Positions 13,079 to 24,297 of a stretch of DNA of 64,000 nucleotides are shown here, piece by piece; the stretch's first letter is position 1; each line of letters starts with the position of its first letter. A program made the translations under genes and the position numbers. The notes below the pieces were generated by a model that was given only the letters and a program-made list of their open reading frames with translations, did not search any database and had not been told where the DNA came from. This DNA comes from Lingula anatina (lineage: Eukaryota > Animalia > Brachiopoda). The stretch is from positions 17,852,587 to 17,916,586 of the forward strand of contig CM120648.1 of the NCBI GenBank assembly GCA_051362555.1, read 5' to 3'.

Positions 13079-16000
13079 TACTAATGACAGATGAGAATGA
13101 AGACTTTGTCATTTGTATCAAGCAATATACCTTGTTTTATTGTCTGTTATACTGATGTGTACTTCTTTTTCTAGTTAGATGGGACTGAGACCTTTATGTT
13201 CAGTAAGTTATAGGCCAGTGTTTGGTTAATATGAGGTTGTTATATGTGAGATCTACTTCAGTTCCTTGTATGTACATAATTTGTATGTATGTAATGATGA
13301 CCTTGTATGTAATTTGTCTGTGTTTTTCAGAAGAAACCAGGGAAGAAGTTGAGAAGCTACTGTTTCATCCACGGTGTGGTTCACATGCTTCAATTATAAA
13401 TTGGCAGAGGACAGCATCAAGGCCTAAGTATGTCTGTTAGATGTATTCAAATACATAGAAATCTTACTTTTAGTGACAGCTTTGAGAAATATTGGTGTTA
13501 CTGATACTAATGTTTGAATGTGTATCATTATAAGCTTAAAAACAAAACGTAAACTTAAATTCACACACAATTTTCTAAAACTATTTCCTCAAATCTCTGT
13601 TGTCTCTTAGTGCTATGGAGGACTTTAATCACGGTGTCTGCATCACGAACCGCTTTCTGCGCCCAGGAGAGACTTTCGAAGTGCAGATTGACAAGATGGT
13701 GGAGAAGTGGGCGGGGTCTATCGAGATTGGCGTCACTACCCACAGTGCAACTGACCTGGACTTTCCTTCCACGATGACAAATGTTCGCTCTGGGACGTGG
13801 ATGATGACGGGGAACGGAGTGATGCACAACGGGACCACTGTCATTGATGAGTATGGACAAAACTTGGACAGATTAAAGGTAAATGATATATGTGGTCAAT
13901 AAAGGCGTATTCCCAGAGCTTTTAGATCAAGCTATCCCCGCGGGGAGTCTCACTAGATTACTGTCAGATAATCCGGCTTAAATGTCCTTCCTGCCTACTA
14001 CAAGCTGTAAGGGGGTAATTAACTTTCGTGCCCGCCCGGCTGACAGCTATTTAGCGTGAACCCCCAGGGAGTTAGGTGGATCTAAAGTAGATCGATCTAA
14101 TCTCTGGGAATGGGGTCTAAGAGGTTGCTCAGAGTGAGAAACGTACAACTCTGATGCTGGAACTGGTATTAACGACTCACCATCAACTGGTATTAATGAC
14201 TCACCAATGTTGTGGTCTCAACCTCAGACCTGTCACTAGGAAAGAACCCTAGTGAAAGATAGCGAATGAGACTGCAACATTGGTGAGTTACTAATATAAG
14301 TTCCAGAGATAAAAATACTCGCTCTTCTATTCTGATGACATTTCTGCTGACCCACTATTAGGTTATTTTAATATTTGAACAATACAAATATGTATGGTCT
14401 TTGTTAGTTTCTATTGGATTTATAATGAATAAAGAAAAGCAAATGAAACTTAAAAAATGGATGGATCACTAAGAAAATAAAAAAAAAATATTACTTAATT
14501 AATGAATGAATGTATAAATAAATGAATGAGAAATTGATTCATTAATTTGCTATGGTGAATTGATTAGGTTGGTGATCGTCTTGGAGTGGTCAGAAAGCCA
14601 GACGGGACCCTCCATTTCTACGTCAACGGTATTGACCAGGGTTCAGCGGCCACTAGTGTCCCTCCTAATGTCTACGGGGTCATTGATCTCTATGGTCAGG
14701 CTGCTCAGGCCACAATAGTGGACTCTACAGGTACGACTCCACTGGATACTTGGGAGTAGAATTGTAGGGGAGATTGTTTATTAGTACCACCAGCGTGTAT
14801 GCTGGCGGTACTCATGGTTTTAGTCCCGACCCGTCTCGTCCGGCCCCGCCGGCTCCGTTGGCTCCGCGTACTGGCGCCGGATACAAGTCACCGTTACCGC
14901 TTCTCCTCCTAGACCGCAAGGACCCCTGTCCCCATCTCTTGGATTTAGGTCACATATAACCTCAACTTGAACCCCCAGGTTTTTTTGTCTCAGTCGCTGC
15001 ATTGACCTGGGCGTGACGCTCCTTGAAATGCACCCTTGTCAAAATTTTTGAAAATTCAATGCCAATTATCTACCCTACGGAAGGAATTATGGGAAAATTT
15101 TCTACAGACAGCTTTCCAAAAGTCATATGTGTAGATTTCAAATATGCCCTTGGATTTGACCTTTGACCTTTATTTCAAGGTCAAACGGGCCAAAATTTAA
15201 AAAAAAATGAAATTTTTTAAGAAAAAAAATATTATTTGCCCTGTTATTCAGACACCACACAGACTTAACCAATAATATTATTGGAAAGTGTTACCCTTCA
15301 GGTCATCTTTCATCTCCATGAATTTGGGGTCAATCGGTGCATTTTCTTGGGAGTAGCGGCCATAAGATGCCAAAACTGAAAACTGTCTCTAATTCGGGAA
15401 CCGTTAATGCTAGAGACCCATTCTTTTTTGCATTTTGTAGAGCATGTAAAGCCCAACACTGGAGGTGGTCTCCGTTTTTTTGTATTCCAAACGGTTTTCG
15501 TGTTATGCTGTATTAAAAAGTACTTTGTGGTGGCACATTATTGTAACTCAGAATTGTAACATTTAGTCCCTTATATCTCCAAAACTGGCCGAGATAGGTC
15601 AATAGTTATTATTTAAGTTGAATAGGAAGTCATTTACTTGCAATCTAGATGTGAGCTTGAAATTGACCTTTGACCTACTTTTCACCATGAACTGAACTTT
15701 GCAAATTATTGTTCCCTTTTATCTCCAAAACTGGCAGAGATAGGTCAATAGTTACTATTGAACTTGAATAGGAAGTCACATACTGGCAATTTAACAGTGA
15801 CCTTAAAATTGACCTTTGACCTACTTTTCACCATGAATTGAACTTTGCCAATTTTCGTTCCCTTTAATCCCCAAAACTGACAGAGATAGGTCCATAGTCA
15901 CTATTGAACTTGAATAGGAAGTCATATACTGACAATTTACTATGACCTTAAATTTGACCTTTGACCTACTTTTTACCATGAACTGAACTTTGCAAATTTT

Positions 16001-19000
16001 TGTTCCCTTTTATCTCCAAAACTGGCAAAGATACACCCATAGTAACTATTGAATTTGAATAGAAAGTCATTAGAAGCAATTTATTTTGACCTTAAAATTG
16101 ACCTTTAACCTACTTTTCACCATGAACTGAACTTTGAAAATATTTGTTCCCTTTTATCTCCAAAACTGGCAGAGATAGGTCCATAGTTACCATTGAACTT
16201 GAATAGGAAGTCATATACTGGCAATCTAAGTGGGACCTTGAAATTGACCTTTGACCTACTTTTCATCATGAATTGAACTTTGCAGATTTTCTTTCCCTTT
16301 TATCTCCAAAACTGGCAGAGATAGGTCCATAGTTACTATTGAACTTAAATAGGAAGTCATATACTGGCAATTTACTGTGACCTTAAAATTGACCTTTGAC
16401 CGTCTTTTTACTATGAACTGAACTTAGCAAATTTTCGTTCACCTTTATCTTCAAAACTGACAGAGATAGGTCCATAGTTACTATTGAACTTGAATAGGAA
16501 GTACACTAGCAATCTGTGACCTTGAAATTGACCTTTGACCTACTTTTTATGATGAACTGCTTTTTGCATGTTTTCTGGCCTTTAAATCTGCAAAATTGGC
16601 AAAGAAATGCCCATGGTTGCTATTGAACTTGAATAGAAATTCATATACTATGATATTGAAATTGACCTTTGACCTACTTTTTCACCATGAACTGAGCTTT
16701 GCATATTTTCTTGCCTCTCATATCTTTAAATCTAGCAGAGATGTCCCCATTGTTTCCCCTAGGTTTTATCTTTTGTCAGCATATATGCACCATTGACAAC
16801 GTATTTCAAGGAAAACCAATAGGCCTTTTGTCTAGAGAATACAGGAGTGATCAAGGGTATGAAAATGCAAGTCAATTCAAAAATCTGCTTGATTGTATCA
16901 TTTTTAGTCATATTTTTTTGCATATTTTGAGAACTCTTGTTGATTGCATCTTATAGAGCTTGTCAAACACCAGACTGGTGATGGTGTCCCTTTTAGGAGG
17001 GGGAGGGGTCCATACGAATGCGCTTACTCCAGCTGGTGGTACAATATCCGGAGGCGGTATCGCCTCTCTGATCCTCTAGTTTATAAATGTTTGGCTTCAT
17101 TTTATTTATTTATTTGTTTAAATTATTTTTAGTTTCTGTAGCAGTTGATGAAATTAAAACTGCCAAATAATGAGAACATGAATTTATTAGAAATTCAGTT
17201 ATGCTTTACATAGAGAATAAAATAGTCATACACGACATTTTGTTTCACCATTTTAGTAGCATTTAAAATATTTCACTGTGTAGGATTCAATTTTCCTTTT
17301 ATTAGTATTCTTTTCTTTATTGTCAGATCCTGTGCCCACCTCAATGCTGATATCAAGTGATCTCTCTGTGGACTCTGATGAATTAGGGTTCCATCATATT
17401 CACGGGAAAAATGCCTGCATCTTGCCAGGAGGGCGTACTGCCACGCGACCAAACGCACGCGGGGAGTTCAACGACGCCATTATAATGAGCAATCGCCCGC
17501 TGAGAGATAACGAGATGTTTGAAATAGTGATTGAGAAGATGGTGGATAGATGGTCAGGGTCTATAGAAGCAGGTTAGTGGTCCTCTGGTTTTCTTTAGAA
17601 TTTGAACTGTTCATATATATTTACATTATACTATACATTTTAATGTCTTAATATCTTAACTGTGGATAGATGGTCAGGGTCTATAGAAGCAGGTTTGTGG
17701 TCCTCTGGTTTTCTTTTAAATTTTAACTGTTCATATATATTTACATTATACTATACATTTTAATGTCTTAATATCTTAACTGCCTATTTATTCATTAACT
17801 TTATTCATCTTAAGCTGTTTATTGTACCTGTAAAGTCTACTAAACATTTTATATGTATTTTAGAAAATAAAAATTATTATTATTATTATTATTTAACAGG
17901 ACTTTCTATTTTGAACATATATAACCAGAAAGACTTCTCAGTTACACTTTAATTAAATCCTATATGCGTGTTTATTTTCAAACCTCTTGTATGTTTATGC
18001 ATACAAATTGAGGTCAGATTTTTCAGCAACAAAGTTGGCTGAATTTTTCTGTGTCCATCTCAAATGCACAGCTGTTTTATTGATTTCAAGGAGTATGATA
18101 TCAATATAGTATTTTATATGCCTAAATGTTCAGCCATGATGACATATGTGCAATGCAAGCACACACACTCATACAAACACATGCACACAATTTGGAACTT
18201 TTCAACTTTCATAACAAATTTTATATATTTCCTGTCTCATTATTTTGTTGCTGTAGGAGTCACACTGATAAGACCACATGAAATAGATCTCCCCAGTACT
18301 ATGACAGATATAGACTACGACACTTGGATGCTGAGGTGAGAGGGCCAAATTAATGAGTAAAGTACTCAAATAGTGCAGACCTCTACCAAGACATATAAAG
18401 ATACATTAATTGATAAACTGATCACCACCAAAATATAATCATTTTGTCCTTGACCCATTTTTTACGCAGCCTGAAAATCTCATCACAATCTGTCCATAAC
18501 TTATTGCAGAATATTGCTTGTTATGCATGTGTAGGCAGACCCCAGTTACAAAAAGTCACCTTAAAAACTATCAATTTCTTGGTTCTTAAATTGATATAAA
18601 ATTGTCACTGAAATGAAGAGGGACAGACTTCTTAAAAAAGTAATCAAGGAAAGACTGAACATTTATTTTGTATTTATCCTCAGTGGCTCCTCTATCATGC
18701 AAGATGGTTCAACTATACGCAATAGCTACAGCTGTGACCTTGACCTCCTGGGCGTTGGCGCCCGTATCGGAATGATGAGGACCAGCGAAGGTGACCTGCA
18801 CTTCTTTGTGGATGGGGAGGATATGGGCGTGGCCTGCAGTGGGTTGCCTAGCGGTGAGTGGTCACAAGATTCGTGCTGGCCAATCACAGTGCACTTAGTC
18901 TATTAGGAATAAGATTGACATGTTATTTGCTGGGATGCTTTCCATAAAACAGTGTCTGTTACAATCATTATCATATGATATCACTTTTAGAAATTCATAT

Positions 19001-19205
19001 CAAAAAGGAATACAAACAGTATATAAAAAATTAAGAAAAACATTGACAACTAAAATTAGATTATGATTAATACCTTAAAATGATTTTTATTTTAGTGTTT
19101 TCATTTTCATGAATTATATGAGTTTTCAATAACTTAAAAGATTAAAATATTTAAATTTTGAATTTGAATGTTCAAGATATGATATCTCATGAAGAGAAGC
19201 ATTGG

Positions 19206-19239
<34 letters not shown>

Positions 19240-19405
19240 CCATGGGTCACATATTTCAGGTGTGTATGCTGTAGTAGACCTGTATGGTCAGTGTGCCCAG
19301 GTGTCCATATGTAATGGTCAGACAACCAGATTTCATGCCATAGATAACCACTCTAGTCTGGAGTATATAGACCAGTCACTGAGCACGCCTGTCAGTGTGG
19401 GTGAG

Positions 19406-19445
<40 letters not shown>

Positions 19446-19628
19446 GCACACACACTCATTGATTGCAGACTGTGTAGGTACAAGATATGCTGTGGGGTGG
19501 AGGGGGCTGTTACTAGTTGCTTTGAAAAAAAAAAAACAATTAATATTGTCATCCTCTTCCCTACATTCCCAAGTAACACATATAATCTTCTATATTATAC
19601 ATTTTTATATTATATTTACAAAATGATT

Positions 19629-19661
<33 letters not shown>

Positions 19662-21873
19662 GTGTGTGTATGTGTGCATATTTATATGTGTTTTTCCCTT
19701 TCCATATTCCAGAGGTCAGTCACAGATTCAGTGTTTGCTGCGGTAAGAATGTAGCAATGAAGAACAACGGTACCACCGCCTGTCGCACCAAGGGCTTCAA
19801 TGAGGGTTTGGTCTTCAGCAGCGAACCATTGAGGAATAACGAACTCTTTGAGGTCAGGAGATTAGAAAATGGAAGAAATTAGTAATTAAGAAGGGGAGAA
19901 TTAGTTTTTGTTAATCATTATCAAATAAAATGGCAGTGCAGATCCACAATTTATTTGTGGTTGTGTGTTTTCTGATCACAATGAATTACCAAATTCCCCT
20001 TTCTGTACACCCTAACTTATCTTATTTGTTTTGGATAGGCCTTACCATTCCTGTTAGCTGCTGAAAAAGATTACTGAGCTCAGGGGCGGATTCAGAGATA
20101 TTTTCTGACAGTCTTCCAAATTATCTTTGTTGATCCATCCTCCATTTTGACTGTCTTTTGACAGGAAAAAAATTAGATACCTGTCAATGTAAACTTTAAA
20201 ATATGACTGTCTTCCAGAAGGCGGCCTCAATAATCTGCCCCTGTACTGGGATGAGAACTTACATTGTGAAGATTTAAATTTTGAAGATCTACAATCAATG
20301 AATTATATATAAAAGCATTTTTAATATACTTGTCTCAAACTGTGCCATTTATATACTAATCATTAGCTCAGAAAAGAGGAGTTAGCGCCTCTTCCTCTAG
20401 TCTCTATATCCATGGCCTTGGCTGCTACTTTTGCATTTGGAGAAATTTGTTGAAATATATATGTATTATTTGTAGGTCAGGGTGGACCAGTTAGCCAAGC
20501 AATGGTCAGGGTCACTCCACATTGGTCTGACCACCATGGCCATCTCAGACACCACCCCCACCTCCCACCTGACCCCTCGCGCCACTGACCTCAGGTCAAA
20601 GGCCAAGGTCACCTGGGTCGTCTGCGGGTCAGAGGTCAAGAAGAATGGCGTGACGGTCAAGGAGAACTATGCTCCATCTTTGGAGAGACTTGAGGTATTG
20701 AGTCTTTCTTCACTGCTTCAAACATAGGAGAAGTAGTATAACACATCCAAATTGGATGTAGGGAGTGTAAAATGAGTGAATCATTTCAAATGGTTCATTG
20801 AACTAAATTCTATAACAAATTTTGAAAAAAATGTCTACAGGTAAACAATATGATTTATTGGCTATTTGAAGTACTAATCATATTTGAAGGTACTTTATTT
20901 ATTCACAGAATGGTAAAATTAGCATCGTTTTATAATTATAAATACAATCAGTTTTAAAATGAAAGTAATTGAAAATCACACAAATTTATACTTTGGTGAT
21001 AAGTATCTACAGGTAATGTGTAAAGATTTAAAATGATCTGTGATTTAATTTTCATATTTATTTTACCCTCTTATTACAGAACCACTAAGTCATAATACTT
21101 GTTACATAAAGTAACATTTTTTTCAATTTCTTTCATTGTCAATGCAAGATGTGATCAGTTTGTAGGAATAAATCTACATTAATTTGCTTTCTTTGTTTTC
21201 AGATAGGCGACACTGTAGGCATTAAGCGCTCAGCAGATGCTACGATGCACGTTTACGTGAATGGTGAAGATTTAGGGGTTGCGGCTAGTAACATTCCAAA
21301 GGTATAGAATACAAAGATGCAGTGGCTGTAATAGCTTTCTTAAACAATAGCAGAACTGAGATATTTACAGACTTTCAGGCTCTCTTTTTTTTATCGTAAC
21401 TGTGAGTGAATAGATGAGCTGATGCTGTATTACTCAAGATTATGCACAAACTTTTACTGGAATAAATGTTTCTGACAAGTTTCCAATATTTATTAATGAT
21501 GAGTTCCCAAATATAGTTATAACAAGTTTAATTAAAAATAAAGTATTTGGATTGGAATTGTTTTGAAATGTTAAGCTTATGTTTCTGTATTATTCAAAGT
21601 AGAAGACAAATATGTGAAAAGTATAAAAGAAATCTTATATTTATTATATTTTCAGAATGTGTTTGCCATCATTGACCTGTATGGGATGGCGGAGACAGTG
21701 ACGGTGACCAGCAGTGCATTCCCAGATATATTAACTAGTCCCACGGGACCGCCATCAATGAGGTCTGAAAGCAGCGACTCTTTAGAGGTAGGTCTAAAGG
21801 TAGAGCTATGTGGATTCATAGAATTGTTGAATACATTGATCTTCCTTCTCTCTCTCTCTCCTCCATCTCTCTC

Positions 21874-21911
<38 letters not shown>

Positions 21912-24216
21912 CATCCCCAACATTTTTCAGAAGGAAACGGACCAGGATACAGCTGAAGGAGTCAATCTCCATTTCCATGGTAACCATGGCAAGAACATCA
22001 ACCTTAGCAACAAGAACATGACTGCCTCACGTACTGCCAGCTACAACCAAGGCATTGTTATCACCCAGAGACCATTGCCCAGGAATCATATATTCCAGGT
22101 AACTGGAGTTGATTGCTAATCATGCATAAACTCTAATCTAAATCCTGATGTTACTAACATGGTTCAGAGTGTTCTGAATAATAAATATATTTGCATTTTT
22201 TTTAATGTTTTTTTTTCATTAATTGACAGTAAGGGTGACAATTTTTCAACATATAGCAAGATAGAATGAATTAACACGGCTTAGTAATCTCTTACTTAAA
22301 GAATTTAAACTATTTATGATACTATACAAAAAAATAAATAAATAAAGAAGGAAAGGGGCACATTTATAACTCAATTCATTTATGGGTTTAAAACCAAAAA
22401 TAAGTTTCAAAACTATTCATTTTTCATGAAGTTTAAGGCTATCACCACATTATTTTGTTGTTGATGATATTTGTCTGTAAAACTATCACTTCTCAGATTC
22501 GCCTAGAGAAGTTAAACCCTCGCTGGACGTCCTCTGTCATGATTGGGGTGACGGGGACCCCAGCAGACAAACAAACATTCCCATCTAGTGCCATCAGTGT
22601 GAAGAAGATGACATGGATAATACAAGGGACGTCAGTTTTCCAAAATGGCGTGAAGGTAAAGCATATACAGATGACCTTGACCTTTCATAAACTTTGAATG
22701 AACCGAGCTTTTGTTTGTAACTTACAAAATCGTTATATTTTAAATGGGATTATTAAAAATTGTCACTATTATTAATTTTACAATGTACATATAATCATGA
22801 TAATTACAACAATACCCCATTGGAATTTTTTTAATATATTATGTCTGTAAATGTATCAGCACTTATGCCTAGTTGGCAAAACCATCCTAAGAGCCTATAA
22901 TCTTTCCATACACTCACATCTTCCAAACTCTGACACCTTGTCACATGTCAAGTATTTGTTCATTTTCAGGTCAAAGAGAAGTACGGCTGTGACCTGGACG
23001 CTGCTGCCACTGGTCATGTGATAGGTGTCATGGTGGACTCGGACAGCGTCCTGCATCTCTATGTGGACGGTGTAGACCAGGGTCCAGCGGCTCGGGACAT
23101 TCCAAAACAGTGTTATGGCATTGTGGATTTATATGGTCAATGTGAGGAGGTAGGGACAGTGTGGTGATGGGGTCAGTTTTAGGGCATTATTTTAAAGAAG
23201 CTCTGAACATTCCAAAACAAAGTTATGGCCTTGTTGATTTATATGGACTATGTGTAGTAAAGGTAAAGGGGTGGTCACTTCTACCTGATCATTTTTTACT
23301 AATGCTAATAGCCCTGAACAGTGACATAAAACTTTGTTGAGATTCCTTCCAGCCCCCGCCCCCAACCACCCCCCCCCCAAAAAAAAAAAAAAAAAAAAAA
23401 AAAGAGGGGGGTCCAAAGGTTTTTTATTGTCACAGCATCAGATTGCTAAAAGGGAATTTTTTTATTGAGATTAGTTTTTGAGATAAACTTTGATTGGTTA
23501 ACCTTGAATATTACAATTCATATGTTTGTGCATAATATTAACAGTTCAGGTAACCATAGTGACAGAAGCTGTTACCATGGTGAATGTCGGGGTATATTTA
23601 TCAATTCTCAACATTTCATGACAGAGTAAAAAAAGTGTTCTCACATGATATTAGTTTTGGTTGATAGACCTTGAATGTTTATTTACCCATTTAGGTAACC
23701 ATAGAGATAGAGGCTGTTACCATGGTGAACATGGGGGTACATTTTTTAATTCACAACATTTCATGAAAGAGTAAAAAAAAATTGCATGATATTCATTTGA
23801 ATTTATAAACCTTGAATGTATATTTACCCATTTAGGTAACCATAGTGACAGAAGCTGATCTCCATGAGGAAGTTGTTACGGCAGACAGAGAAAAAGCTGA
23901 CATAGAAGATGGTGAGATACAGTTACATTTCATTGATATAAGTATTCAGTGCAATTTGAACATGACATGAAATTACAGTCACATTTAGTAAATTTGTTTG
24001 AAATAGCATAATTTTAAGTATAATTTTTTTCAATTTTCAGACAAATTTGAAAACTTTCATGGTCATTAGTCTCCAATGCAACATGTTTTGTGTTTGACCA
24101 AAATTATATGTAAACTGTGCTAAAGTAAGTGTAAAAATCAACTTGTGACATACAGTATTTCAGTGATGAGTACTTCACATTTATTAATTTATAATATACA
24201 TAGATGTCTCACTTCA

Positions 24217-24297
<81 letters not shown>

